This document shows, one piece after another, positions 1 through 17,114 of a DNA stretch of 64,000 bases; within the stretch, counting starts at the first letter, position 1; each line of letters opens with the position of its first letter. The position numbers and the translations under genes are program-made. This DNA is from the human T2T-CHM13v2.0 reference genome, Homo sapiens, in assembly GCF_009914755.1 (NCBI RefSeq), contig NC_060944.1, one strand, 5' to 3'. Under the pieces are notes generated by a model, which saw nothing but the letters and a program-made list of their open reading frames with translations, did no database searches and was not told the DNA's origin.

Positions 1-58
1 TACAACCAGCTATAATCTATCTAATCAAAATATGACCTGGTCTGTATGTTTCTATCTT

Positions 59-1944
<1,886 letters not shown>

Positions 1945-3999
1945 GAGGGAAGATATCCAAAGTTTAACAGAACTCTAGAAAAGATAGAGCCTTGACATTC
2001 ATGAAAGACTCATCCTGGAACTTAGAATTCCCCTGGAAACCCCTAGTTATATAACCACCACCATGGCACACAATTTCTTCCGGAAGATGTATTTTTTTCC
2101 TCTATAGGCTGGAGCATGAATGTATGAATCACTTCTTATTTATGTTAAATTACATTTTTATAATTTATAAATTGTATTATATTAAATTCACTCATGCCAT
2201 GGACTGGAACTAGAGATTCTTAATATTCATTATATTCTTTAAAGTTATCCAAACTTTAGATGGGCTAAAATCTATCCTTTTCTTAGAGAGTCCTTAACTC
2301 TTCACCTAATAACATTTTCATTTCTTTCTTTACTTTCAAAACCAGCACCAGCTTCCATTCCGAGAAAACCCTTGGCTTTCTTTGAGGGGCATATTCCCCC
2401 ACAAAGGAATATAGTTTTTTATTATTTCATGAGAGCATGAAATACAATAGTGAGTAAAGAACAAGAAAGCCTCATTGAAATGGGGCTGCTTTGTTGTTGG
2501 GTAGGCTTAGCTGCTGGGGTGCAAGATGGAAACTTACACTTCGCAAAATAACGAATGACCGACCACATCATGGATCTTTGAGATTGCTCACAAAGTCACA
2601 AATAGCAAAGCTGCTGATATAAAGGGCTACCATATGTTATATCAATGACACGTCTCTGTACTGTCCACAGTGAGGACATACCAACTTCTTTTTGTTTCAA
2701 GCACCATTCTAGAAGGAGTGAATCTAGAAGGACTGAATTCCTGTGTGACAATTCCAGTTTCTATCATACATCTCCAGAGTGACAGCTTTTCTTCCTCTTT
2801 TCTCCCTAATCCAGTCCCCAGTCTCCGGCTGCCTCTCATCATAATTATGTGTAATGTTGGCTGACGCTATACTTGGATGTACAGGGAAACTGTACCTTCT
2901 TGATTTTTCTACCATTGATTGAATCTTCAGGAGCCCCCATCTCATGGGAGGTGGGGAAGCTATTCATGATATACAGTCTTTTTGAATGTACATAGACTCC
3001 CTTCAGTTGAAATCATTCATTTCTGGACATGTGAAATCTTTTGGGTTTCAGTCCCTGCCCTTGCTACTTTCTAATATGGTTGAGCTTCCAGGGACTGCAT
3101 GTTGGAGGAGGGGAGGAGGAAGATCAGAATCATATACTGTTCTAGAATTCTGGATCCTTGCTGGCTCTGCTGCAGGATGGATTTCAGGATGGATTGCTGA
3201 GGAATAATGTGCCCCATCTGGTCTTTTGGAGTCTGTGGTCCTGACCACTTGTCCTTGATAGCAAAGGCACCACACATAATGATCACTTTGACCTTACTCT
3301 GGGCCTCTGCCCATCTGCCACCCCTAAGTAGGGCATACAGGAATTTATGGATCCCTGCACCTCACCGTTTGCTGTGGCATATTAGGGCATTGGTCAGACT
3401 CCTCCATCTCCCTGCCTCCTCCCGTGGCTGCATCACCATTTCTCTAGAACACCTGCAGGGCTCCTCTTAGAGGTCTGGGGCCTTCCTCAGTGAGCCCAGG
3501 GAAGCATCCCATTGCTGCCTTCCTGCCCCATGATCTCAGGCTTCTCTACACTTAGATGTTTCTATAGCTTCCCCACCTCCACCACCTAGATTTAGCTCCT
3601 GAAGGAGAAAGCAAGGACAAATGCATTCAGCCTTCAAGTATTTTCTGTTTCTTTCTTTTCCACCATCCACTGAGGCTAGAAGGGATGGGCTCTGTTTTCT
3701 TCTTCCTCTATCGAAAGGACTTCCTCTACATCATAGCCTCCTTTGGAGGGCCATTAAGCTTCCTGGTTCAGTGTTAATGGTGGAAGAGCATCTTCTCTTA
3801 CATGATGGAAGAAACTCTGTGATTTGAGTTGACCAGGTATGATAGGAAGTCCAAGATGACTAGGGACTTGAGACCACAGGAGATAAAAATACCCTGGTTT
3901 GATAATCCCAAAACATATCCACTACATGTGACACAATGTTCTGAATTCATCTAGGAGAAATTCTGTTCCTGGAAGTAATCATTTCAAACATAACAAAAT

Positions 4000-4165
4000 A
4001 ACTATTGTCTGCTTATGATATGCTAGGCATTTTCTAAGATAATTTAATCCACATGCAATCCTATGATGTCAGTGCTATTACGATTCCTATTTTACACATG
4101 AGGAAGTAAGGTCTGGATAGGAGGTAAAGAATCTGTTCAAGTTCACATGGTTAAATAAAGAATTA
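4000..4165 (-). mobile_element. MIR SINE fragment
   Basis: attcctattttacacatgaggaagtaagg...aagttcacatgg is the reverse complement of the MIR core. Confidence 0.65.
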
Positions 4166-4227
4166 TTATTTGACCACAATTCTGGCTGGCTGGGACCCCA
4201 GGCCCTTCCATCCTGCCTGTCCCCACC

Positions 4228-4278
4228 CCTCTTTCTTCATTCAGCTCATCAGCCTCTTTCTTCATTCAGCTCATCAGC
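4228..4278. repeat. Perfect 25-bp tandem duplication
   Basis: cctctttcttcattcagctcatcag x2. Confidence 0.9.
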
Positions 4279-5104
4279 TGCCCAGTCGGCTCTCCCCTAA
4301 ACACTCTGAATCTGATGTGCCTGTTGAACCAAGCTACGTGCTGTTCCACTTACAGTCCGTCTAATTTTCCCTCCTCTAGGTCTTTGTTGCTTCTGTTCCC
4401 TTTTCCCGGGGTACCCTCCTGTCACCATTCCCCATGGCCCCAAACCTTCTCTGATCCCCACAGCCAGAAGGTATTTGTGTCTAAATTCACTCTATCTTTG
4501 CAGTGTCTCTCCAGTGTCTCAACTTTCACGTGGAATTAGTCACACATTATCTCGGGAACCACCTTGAGATTCAGGCTTGCATCTCCATCCTCTTTGTTTC
4601 TCCACAGCATCTGGGGCAGAAGCTGCATGAGTGAGTAGAAGACCCTTTTCTCTGCACACTGGGCCATGCCTGCAGCAGAGTTTAGCAAAGGCTTATGTTA
4701 GGACCTTGCCTAGGAGCTGGTTCCAGAGCTGGGAATCCGAGGTTGGCATGAAGTGAGACTCCAGAGACTAATTCTTTCGTCTCAGTCTGTGACTCACATG
4801 TGGAAATTCAGTCTAAGAAGTCACCAAAGGGATACAACGACCTTGAGTCTGCATGGCTTTCTGTTCTAAGGGCATCTCTGGGTTTCCTCCCTGCTTCTTG
4901 GAGGCAAAGCCTTCTGCCTATTTCCCTATTTAGTGATAACTTTTTCTAAGTTCCAGTAAAACAACCCCCGCTCCTCAATTTGTTTTATCTGAAGAAAGTG
5001 CCAAACCCATTATTGGAAAATGAAAAAAATTGTCCTGTTTCATGAGCTCTTTGAACATCTGTATAGTAGTACATGGTTCAAGATTTCAAGATTGTTTATT
5101 TCCT

Positions 5105-5386
5105 TCTTTTTAGATACAGGGTCTCACTCTGTTGTTCAGGCTGGAATGCAGTGGTGTGATTATAGCTCATTACAGGCTCGAAATCCTGGGCAAGCAATCC
5201 TCTCACCTCAGCCTTTTGAGTAGTTAGAGCTAGAGGTATGTGTCACTATACCTGGCTAATTTTTTCATTTTTTTATTTGTAGAGATCAGGTCTTGCTATG
5301 TTGCCAAGGTTCCTGGCCTCAAGCGATTCTCCTGCCTCAGCCTCCCAAAGTGCTGGGATTATAGGTGTGAGCTACCATGCCCCACC
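5105..5386 (-). mobile_element. Alu (AluJ-like)
   Basis: Diverged dimeric Alu flanked by tcaagatt direct repeats. Confidence 0.9.
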
Positions 5387-5616
5387 TCAAGATTTATTAT
5401 TGTTATTGATATTGCATTTGAAGTTATTGGCATGACCCATAGCCTAATGATAAAGGGACTCAACAGTAAAACATTGAAGGCAGATGGATCTAGAGAGCCT
5501 CTGAGGCAGTCATTTGCAGGATCAGGGTAGGGATCTTTGCCAATTAATGTGGTCATATTCCTACCATTGGAGGAGTCAGATTAAATTGTGCTTGAAGGAA
5601 ATAAAGACATTTACTA

Positions 5617-6286
<670 letters not shown>

Positions 6287-6292
6287 TCACCA

Positions 6293-6682
6293 TGTGAGAT
6301 AAAGTAGCAAATGTAAGAAGCCACGTGTGCTCATTTCTGTTTGCCAGCAAAATTTCACAAAGCCTCTTGCCTGAGTCACTATATTTCTCGAAAGATGAAT
6401 GATCCTAGCCCTTGCCTTTTTCTGCACGTAAGATAACATCTGACAGGGTTAATGATTATGCTTCTGTAATTATAACCAGATGTACTCTTGCACCTAAGCT
6501 TTGATGTGATTGTACACGTGCTAAACCTTCATCACCCGCATATAAACTGTGAACTAAAACATAGCTTTGGAGGTGTCTGACAGAACCTCTCTGAAAGACT
6601 CCTCTTGGGCTATAGTCCTCAGTCAGACTTCTGAATAAAACCAACTTGAACTCTTTAAAGTTTGATGTTTATTTCTTCAGAA
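6293..6682 (+). mobile_element. Solo ERV LTR (MER72/LTR47-like)
   Basis: Starts tgtgagataaagtagcaaatgtaagaagcc. TATA-like tataaa ~6541 and AATAAA ~6635. Subfamily uncertain. Confidence 0.55.
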
Positions 6683-7342
6683 GGCATTTGGCTGCTAGGA
6701 GACACAAAGCACAACCACAGCTAAGTCAGCCAGCAGTGGCTTGGGTGAAGACTGCACGTTGTGTTGTGGGTGGCCCTGTACTTGCCTTGTTTTGGAGTGC
6801 GAGCAAACCCCCTCCCCTCCACCTGCTTTTCCTGGGGCCGGGTTACCTCTCAGCACAACCTGCTTTCCCATTTGGCTCCTGAATCACTTGCAAACAGCTC
6901 CATGTGCATTCGAGTCTAATGCGTTAAGAGCCCCTCCACGCCCATTTATCTCAATAGGAGAAAAGAAAGGCAGGAGCACTAGGATGATTCTGGGGTGATT
7001 CTCTCTGGTTTCCCTGGAATCCTGGAGTCTCAATTATGGTCCCTTGGATTGGATGTGCTCTTGGCCTGCCAGAGGGAGGAACAGTATCTTTTCTGCAGTT
7101 TAAGATTCTGCCAGGAGGCCAGAAACCAGCTGAGGGTCCACTCCTTAGGAGTCAGGAGTGCAGTCCCCGAGTGCAGTTCGCTGCATCGGAGTGAAAATCT
7201 TGGGGCAATATCTTGGCTCCAGCAAGCATTAGCTGTACCCTTAAGCAAGGCATTTCCTTTTGAAACTCCGATCTCCTCACCTAAGAAAGGAGTGAGTTGA
7301 ATTATATGCCCTTATAAGGCCTTTCCTGGTCTGTGGTCTGTG

Positions 7343-7384
7343 GTGTGTGTGTGTGTGTGTGTGCACGCGCGCATGCGCGCGCAC
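7343..7384. repeat. (GT)n followed by CG/CA alternating tract (Z-DNA-prone)
   Basis: About 42 bp of unbroken purine-pyrimidine alternation including the palindrome gcgcgcatgcgcgc. Confidence 0.85.
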
Positions 7385-8545
7385 CCATCCTCTTGAGCCA
7401 AAGGAGAGACAGCTGTTAAATTGGAAGGATATGTTTCAAAGCCATCATTTTTCCTGTAGAAATAGAACTCACTTTAAGTTTTCTGATTACCTCCTACATG
7501 TCACATTCTTTCTTCCTCTTTAAGTCTGGATTGCTTCTCATGACTGAGGGCCTGAAGCCATCTTTTGATTTCTTCAATCTGTAAAGCAACTTATTTTAAA
7601 TGTTGAATGCTGATAGAAAAGCCTTTAATAGCTTCATTACAGAGCCATCTTTTTTCTTATTCTGGCTGAGGAAATGGATCTGTTTTGCTAAATGAGATTA
7701 ATTTTTCAATGTATATAATAATAGGCATAAATGTGTACATCTTAGCATATTAAAAGTGTCTTAAGCTTACCATTAATTAGTCTTGAGAAGAAAAGACTAA
7801 ATACAAGTGTAATGAATTTATTACCAGTTGGAGGGATGAATAGTCACGGTGCAATCAGCAGCTTTCATTGGAACAAACAAGACTGTTTTAGAATGAAGGC
7901 ATCGCATCAGTCCAGGACCGTGATTCCTTGCTTATTTGCACGCATGAATACACTCCGGGGCCATTAGCTTGAAGGACATAACCGAGAGGAGGCTGATTGA
8001 TGCTATGAGCTACCACTGTTCTAAAAATGCCTTCAATAAGTTCCTTCTCTGTTTCAAGGTGGGACTGTTTAGGTAGCTATTACTTCACTCATATCTAAAT
8101 ATACTAACATGCTTAAAAGATCAGCAGAGAAATCACTTGAAACCTGTGACTAAATTCCACATGTTAATTATTTAATTGGATAACAACATTACACTTTAAT
8201 CACTGGAAAATCACAAATACACACTGATATTTACAAAAGTTTTTTCAGTTAAATTTCAATGAAAGGAAGTTGGTATATTCTAGGACAAAAAGGAACAGGG
8301 TGATGAATCCTGCTGACAGACTTGACTGGTACATGGTCCATTCCTAAAGAATCTCCTGATTCGGCTAAGAGCCAGGATAGAATAATAAATAAAAATACAA
8401 TTATTATATTTATAGAAATGTACATAACCTAAAATTGTTACTTGCTTGGCTTTGAAATGCATTATTACACAATGCATTTCAAAGCCAAGCAAGTAAGAAT
8501 TTTTGTAAATCAGAATTAACAGTTTTGCTTAGGCTAATATTATAG

Positions 8546-8854
<309 letters not shown>

Positions 8855-10116
8855 TGCATTTTCTGAGAGTACAATGATTGGGCTGAAGGTGAGTCTGCTG
8901 GGTGGTGATAGAAAGAAACATTGGTTGAAACTTCAGTCAGAGAAACAAATCAACAAATAATAGAAACAATCAAACAAGCAAACAATTAATTCCTTGTCTA
9001 TAAAAAATTAGGAATTGGTCAAATATGGATGGGTCAGTCCCAAACCAGGTACCATTTGCATAGCTACCACATCAAAATGAATCAAGAAGAAATGAAGACG
9101 TGTACCTACAGTTACCACAAATGTATAATAATACAAACAGATTCAGAAGTGATATTTATGCAGCACTAGGGTGCTATTTTGCAACATGCAGGGAAGACTG
9201 TCAACACTTCTAAGACCGCAGGGATGCTGAGAGTCTTGGGGTCACTGAGAATCTGAGGTTAAATTTCCCAGATTATAACCAAGAACAGGGATCCCTTTTT
9301 GGCCCACTGTAGACAAGGTACACTGTGAAGTCTTCAGGAGTCTTTCATCCAAAGAACAGGGATGAAAAAGTGTGGGTATTTCTCTAATAAATCACAGTGG
9401 ATGGGGTTTCCAAATAAACTCCCTCCAAATAAACTGTTCAATATCACTTCTCCATTCTTATCGTGTGCACAGTTGAAAAGCACATTCACAAACCATGGCC
9501 TCAATGGGCTCTCCCAACAGTCTTGCAAGGTATGAAGAGCAGATATTTTCATCATCGCCATTTCATTAAAGCAAAACTGAGACACAGAGAGAAAACATCA
9601 TGAATTTAGGACTTAAGTCTTAGAGTTAGGACCTGAACCCAGGTCTTTGGATTCTAGGTAGAGTTCCTTTTGTAAAAGAGGGAGTGTTCTAGAAAGTGGT
9701 TCAGTCCTTAGCAAAATGCCCACAGAGATTATGTTCATTGCCAGTGGCAGCCTCCACTTTTTTCTCTGTCCTCTTTCCCCCTGACCCCAGAGCCACTGAA
9801 ATCCTTTGCACTGAGGAGGCAAAAATTGACACCTCAGGATTACCCATCTCCACCCAAATAAAATGATAAGCTTTCAAGCATCAGTGGGAAAGTGATTTTT
9901 AGGTTCTTTCCTTTGAAATTACACCATTGTGGATAACCACATAAGGCTGGGCTGACTATAAGAATTTTTTTTTTCTTGAAGCCAAAATCCTAGAGAATGC
10001 CCTGGGAGGCAGTAGGAGGTGGGTGGGAAAGTTCAGTATGATGGCTGTAACGCACCTCCCATGATGCTGTAAACCACGCACTGACAAACTTATCATTACA
10101 TTTCCATTGTGTCTAA

Positions 10117-10464
<348 letters not shown>

Positions 10465-10627
10465 TATAGCCTTTTGATATTCCTGCACTGGTAAGATACA
10501 GAATTAGGGAAGATGGAGGGTGAACTATCTATATATCTGGAGATAGCTTGGAAACTCCAATAGCTTCTGCTACTTTGTTATGTTTTTTATATGTTTTTGA
10601 TTGTAATCAAATCAAGTGTTTTTGATT

Positions 10628-10823
10628 ACAGTAGGTGAAGAGTAAATGTCAGCTCCTGCTGTCCCTGTCTAATCTCATTGGTGTGGTTTGCACACAGTAC
10701 ATGTTCAGTCCATGTCAGTTGCTGCTCCTTGTGTCTAATCTCCTTGTTGGGATTGTGGACACAGTAGGTGTCGAGCGGATATCAGTAAATGTCAGCTGAT
10801 TTGGTTCATGTCTAGTCTCATTG
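10628..10823. repeat. Three degenerate ~65-bp tandem units
   Basis: Shared blocks acagtaggtg / agtaaatgtcagct / tgtctaatctcattg in units starting at 10628, 10692 and 10759. Confidence 0.75.
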
Positions 10824-10973
10824 TATGTTACGACTTTGCAGCATTCGGCTTCTTGAGGGCACGGGGGAGGCATGAACACAGATGTCATTTCCCATGCAGC
10901 CTATGATCTTGGTTGATGGTGGGTGATGCTCTGAGTACTGGACTGGGGTTTTCAATTGTGTGACACCAGTGGG

Positions 10974-11747
<774 letters not shown>

Positions 11748-11829
11748 CTAAAGCAGTGGCACAGTGAATCCTCATGTACTTGTTATCCAGCTTTAACAAG
11801 CTTCATCTTATTTTAGCAACATCATTTGG

Positions 11830-12080
11830 CATAGTGAAGTGTTTTAGTGAAAACAGCACAGGCTTTGGGTCAAACAGGCTGAATAAATCCTGGGTTTTCC
11901 CTGGATTGGCTTTGGGGTCTGGGATGAATTATTCAATCTCCCTGAGATTTATTTCCTCAAATGCAACCTGGAATAAGATGATACTTACTTTGCAGGGCTA
12001 CTGTGAACACTAAATATGGCAATTTTTGTAAAATGCTTTGTGTATAGTAGGCGTTCAATAAATACTTGTGTCCTGTTATT
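11830..12080 (+). mobile_element. MIR SINE
   Basis: Core ...atttcctcaaatgcaacctggaataagatgatac... and 3' end tagtaggcgttcaataaatac. Confidence 0.7.
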
Positions 12081-12829
12081 ATTCTTAAGCATCCTATTAT
12101 ACCACCTTGGGTTTCCATCTTGTCATTCTGCCCAAGAACATACAATACTCTCAAAGCTCTTCATTCCAAATAGCTCACGGTTTAGGTGAAGGAAGGGCTT
12201 GTGGCCCCCAGACAGAGGTGGGAGCCTTTCTCAGGGCAGTTGGCAAGAACTTGCTTCCCCTCCCATGAGCTGTCATCCTGCATTTCGGAGGCAGGAGAGT
12301 CAAGGTAAGCTTGTAGTGAAATCTAAGGACTCTAATGAAAAGTAAATGCCTTGCCCAAGCTCACATCATGCAGGGACCAGAATCCAGGCTCTTGATACAA
12401 AGCTTATGCTCCCACCTCCCTGGGCCATCTTGTGCTCAAATGAGAAGGTGTGTGAAGTCTTTATCCTTGCCCTTTCCAATGAGCCACACTGTCTTGGAGA
12501 CAGATTGGAGCCCTTTGTGGGAAATGAGCTCATTTGTGTGGATTGAATACTTTCTTTCCAGAGAGACCCAATGACACCTATTTAGACACCTGGTGCCCTG
12601 GCATCATTTCTATGCATCTTATGGTTGGGGTAGGGGGTAGGGGAGGAATGCTTTGGGATATGGTAGATGAAGATAAGAGGCATGAAGGACAGGGAGGAAA
12701 CAAATCAACCCTGGAAATGAACGTGTACTTCATACCTGGAGCTTGAGTCAGGTGAGAACAAGAGCAGGATGCCGCCTGCTGGTAAACAGGCCCCCCAAAA
12801 CCTGGCCATAAACTGGCGTCAGCGTAACA

Positions 12830-14150
12830 ATGGGACAAGTGTGGGCTCTGGTTCATTCCACCTTGGAACTTTTTCACACTGATGATGAGGAGGAAGGAGA
12901 GTATAACGAAGTAACAGAAGAGGTTACAGAGCAGGTTTATTTGCCAGCTAAAGCTAAAGCGGCAAAGGGGGGAGAGGTTCATCCCTACTCTTCTGCACCC
13001 CCTCCTTATTATTTTGAAGAAAAAGACCCTCCAGATCTTTCTTTTCTGGAGGACACTGGGCGAAAAGTAGTTGCCCCAGTGACTGTTCGAGCAGCACTTC
13101 AAGCGACTGCTCTTAGTTCTATTCAGGCAGGAATTCAGCAACCTAGATGAGAGGGTGATTTAGAGGCTTGGCAGTTCCCTGTTAGAATACACCGCCCCAG
13201 ATCAACAGGGAAATATTATAGCTACATTTGAGCCTTTTCCTTTTAAATTACTCAAATAATTTAAACAAGCTATAAATCAGTATGGACCAGGTTCTCCTTT
13301 TGTAGTGGGACTGTTAAAGAATGCTGCTCTTTCCAGTCGGATGATGAATTCCTACTGACTGAGATGCTCTTACTCGAGCTCATCTAACTCCTGCTCAGTT
13401 CTTACAATTTAAAACTTGGTGGGCAGATGAAGCTTCCATTCAGGCTCCTTGCAATGCCCAGGCCCAACCTCAAATTAATATAACTGCAGACCAACTTTTG
13501 GGGGTTGGCGGCTGGGCTGGTTTAGATGCACAAGTGGTCATGCAGGATGATGCCATAGAACAGCTTAGAGGAGTGTGCATTAGAGCTTGGGGAAAAATCA
13601 CTTCATGTGGAGAACAATACCCTTCCTTTAGTGCTATAAAACAGGGACCAAAAGAACCATACGTGGATTTTATAGCTCAGTTACAGTAGTCTCTTAAAAA
13701 GATGATTGCAGATTCGGCTGTTCAGGATAGAGTGTTGCAGTTATTAGCTTTCGACAATGCTAATCCCGATTGCCAGGCTGCTCTGCGACCTATCAGAGGG
13801 AAAGCACATTTAGTTGATTATATCAAGGCCTGTGATGGTATTGGAGGTAATCTGCATAAGGCTACTCTGCTAGCACAGGCAATGGCAGGACTGAGAGTGG
13901 ATAAAGGAAATACTCTATTTCCTGGAGTTTGTTTTAACTGTGGGAAGCATGGTCATACTAAAAAAGAATGTAGAAAAAATCAGTGAGTCAGGCCACCAGA
14001 TAGGGGAAAAAAGAAAACTGCTGAGCCCAAAATATGTCCAAAATGTAAAAAAGGAAAACATTGGGCTAATCAGTGTCACTCTAAGTTTGAGAAAGATGGG
14101 AACCTGATTTCGGAAAACACCATGAGCGGCCCGTCCCGGGCCCCATTCTA
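12830..14150 (+). pseudogene. Defective betaretroviral gag
   Basis: MGQV start, PPPY late domain, MHR IKQGPKEPYVDF, zinc knuckles CFNCGKHGHTKKEC and CPKCKKGKHWANQC. Several stops and frameshifts. Confidence 0.9.
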
Positions 14151-15013
14151 AACTGGGGCATTTCCAGCTCAGGCCATTCCCTGACCCCTGTACAATGTCT
14201 GTCCCCTGACACAGCTGGTAGTGCTGCAGTAGATTTATGCTGCACAAAAGCTGTGAGTCTTCTGCCTGGGGAACCCCCGCAAAAGGTCCCAACAGGAGTC
14301 TGTGGACCCTTGCCAGTGGGGATGATAGGATTACTTCTAGGAAGGTCTAGCTTAAATTTAAAAGGAGTACAAATACATACAGGAGTCGTTGATTCAGATT
14401 ACAATAGGGAAATTCAAATTGTTATATCTGCTTCTGTTCCCTGCAAAGCAGAGCCAGGAGAGCATCTGGCACAGCTCCTGATTGTGCCGTATGTGGAAAT
14501 GGGGAAAAGTGAAATTAAATGAACAGGAGGATTTGGAAGCACAAATAAACAAGGCAAAGCAGCTTATTGGGTAAATCAAATTACTGATAAACGTCCTACC
14601 TGTGAAATAACTATTCAGGAAAAAAAAAATTTAAAGGTTTGGTAGGTACAGGAGCGGATATTTCAATCATTTCTCTACAGCACTGGCTGTCTGCATGGCC
14701 AATTCAACCCACTCAATTTAACATAGTTAGAGTTGGTAAAGCCCCTGAAGTATATAAAAGTAGTTATATTTTGCATTGTGAAGGGCCCAATGGACAACCT
14801 GGGACTATTCAACCAATTATAACTTCTGTACCTATAAATTTATGGGGGAGAGATTTATTACAACAAGTTCTAATTCCAGAACAATTATATAGCCCTCAGA
14901 ATCAACATATGATGCATGAAATGGGGTATGTCCCTGGTATGAGACTAGGAAAAAATTTGCAAGATTTGAAAGAACCACTTAATTGGAAAGACAAAGTTCC
15001 CACCAAAGACTAG
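14150..15013 (+). pseudogene. Defective dUTPase-protease (pro)
   Basis: LLGRSSLNLKG and GVVDSDY dUTPase motifs. Protease DTGAD reads GTGAD. INLWGRDLL present. G-patch-like MMHEMGYVPG. Confidence 0.88.
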
Positions 15014-16010
15014 GATAACATTTTTGATGGCGGCCAATGTTAAGCCTCCAGAACCTATACCTTTAAAATGGTTAACAGATAAGCCAATTTGAATAGAACA
15101 ATGGCCACTAAGTAAAAAGAAACTGGAGGTTTTAGAGAAATTAGTTACTGAACAATTAGAAAATGGGCACATAGCTCCAATATTTTCCCATTGGAATTCT
15201 CCAGTTTTCGTAATTAAGAAAAAATCAGGTAAATGGAGAATGTTAACTGATTTAAGAGCCATCAATTCAGTTACACAACCTATGGGAGCATTACAGCCAG
15301 GATTGCCTTCTCCTGCTATAATCCCCAAAAATTGGCCTTTGATAGTCATAGATTTAAAAGACTGTTTCTTTACTATCCCTTTAGCTGAGCAAGACTGTGA
15401 ACGGTTTGCATTTACAATTCCTGCAGTAAACAACCTGCAGCCTGTTAAGTGTTTTCATTGTTTTATAGATGGGTTTAGTAATGGTAAAGCTTCTTATTCT
15501 GGCTTGAAAAGTAAAGTTTTCCAGACGCCCTATACTTCAGCTCAAAAAGCGGAGCTTGTAGCTGTAATTGAGGTATTGACTGCTTTTGATATGCCTATTA
15601 ATGTGATTTCTGATTCTTCATACATGGTTCATTCCACACCGTTAATTAAAAATGCTCAGTTACTGTTTCATAGAGATAAACAACTGATGACAAAAACAAA
15701 AAAGGGGGAGAAATAGGGATGACAGGACAGCCCATACACAACTGAATCTAGCATTATTAACTTTACATTTTTTGAGCCTGCCCAAAGGCCAGATGTTATC
15801 AGCAGCTGAACAGCACCTACAGAAACCAGCTGCAAAGACAGAAGCAGAATAACTGATTTGGTGGAGAGATCCAATAACAAAAAGTTGGGAAATAGGTAAA
15901 ATAATAACTTGGGGTAGAGGTTATGCTTGTGTTTCTCCAGGCCAAAATCAACAGCCAATTTGGATACCATCAAGACACCTGAAACCTTATCATGAGCCAG
16001 ATGCTGAGGA
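15014..16010 (+). pseudogene. Internally deleted pol: RT N-terminus fused to RNase H, then integrase C-terminus
   Basis: [25 protein letters not shown] and [12 protein letters not shown] jump directly to FIDG...SAQKAEL. No YMDD motif and no integrase core. IITWGRGYACVSPG present. Confidence 0.88.
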
Positions 16011-17100
16011 AGAGATTCCAGGAGGATCCCGAGGACCCCCCATTTGCAGTCATGTCGAGACTGATGCTGAGGAGGACCCCAACTGTCACAAGCAACACCC
16101 GTTGAACACAGCCACCCACCTGGGGACAGATCAAGAAGCTGTCATAGATGGTGGAAGAAAACCTGAGGAAAGCAGGACAACCAGTTACAATGAGTAATTT
16201 AATGGTAGCTATGATAGCGGTGATCACCATTGCCATGAGTATTCCTTCAACAACGGCTGACACAGAGAACAATTATACTTCTTGGGCATATTTATCAATC
16301 TTGGCTGGCAATAATGCCTGGATATAATCACTCTATGATGCAGTTACACATGCTTTCTGATCTCAGTATTTACCGTAATAAATCTGCTCCTATAATTGAG
16401 GCATACCACCCTCAAAAAACTACTTGTAAACAAAATAGAACCTGGCCAGAAATAATGAACATACTTGTTTAGGAAGATTGCATTGCAGAACGGGCAGAGG
16501 TGCTGCGCAACGAATCCTATGGAATCATTATTGATTGGTCCCCTTAGGGGATGTTTAGCTTGAATTGCACCTCTCAGTCTGCGTGCCATGGCCACACTAT
16601 GTTCAGCTGGTCTGAACAAAATGGTCAGATGGTAGAAATGGCAAGAAGTATGGCAAGAGTTCCTATTATCTGGAACCTTGGTGGTATAGTGGCACCTCAA
16701 CCTCAAATAATATGGCCTGCTGTAGAAGCTAAACATAAAGATTTGTGGAAACTATTAATAGCTCTTAATAAGATCAAAATTTGGGAAATAATAAAAAAGC
16801 ATCTAGAAAGACACTCTACAAACTTGTCTTTGGATATTGCAAAATTAAAGAACAAATATTTAAAGCATCCCACACCTGACCTTAATGCCAGGAACTGGAG
16901 TGCTTAAAGGAGCTGCAGACAGGTTAGCAGCTAGTAACCCATTAAAATGGATAAAAACACTTGGAAGCTCTGTGATTTCAATGATTGTGCTTTTAATCTG
17001 TGCTGTTTGTCTTTGTATAGTCTGCAGATGTGGATCCTGACTCCTGTGAGAAGTAGCTCACTGTGACAAAGCTGCCTTTGCTTTTATCGATTTGCAAATC
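15991..17100 (+). pseudogene. Internally deleted env
   Basis: PPTWGQIKKL-type leader, IIDWSP and WPA..KHKDLWKL SU motifs, TM remnant NLSLDIAKL...NPLKWIK. Confidence 0.75.
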
Positions 17101-17114
17101 AAATAAGGGGGACA

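Noticed and set aside
2500-3540. Possible degenerate LTR-element or pseudogene sequence
   Set aside because: Manual translation gave no convincing motif; family cannot be assigned without a search.
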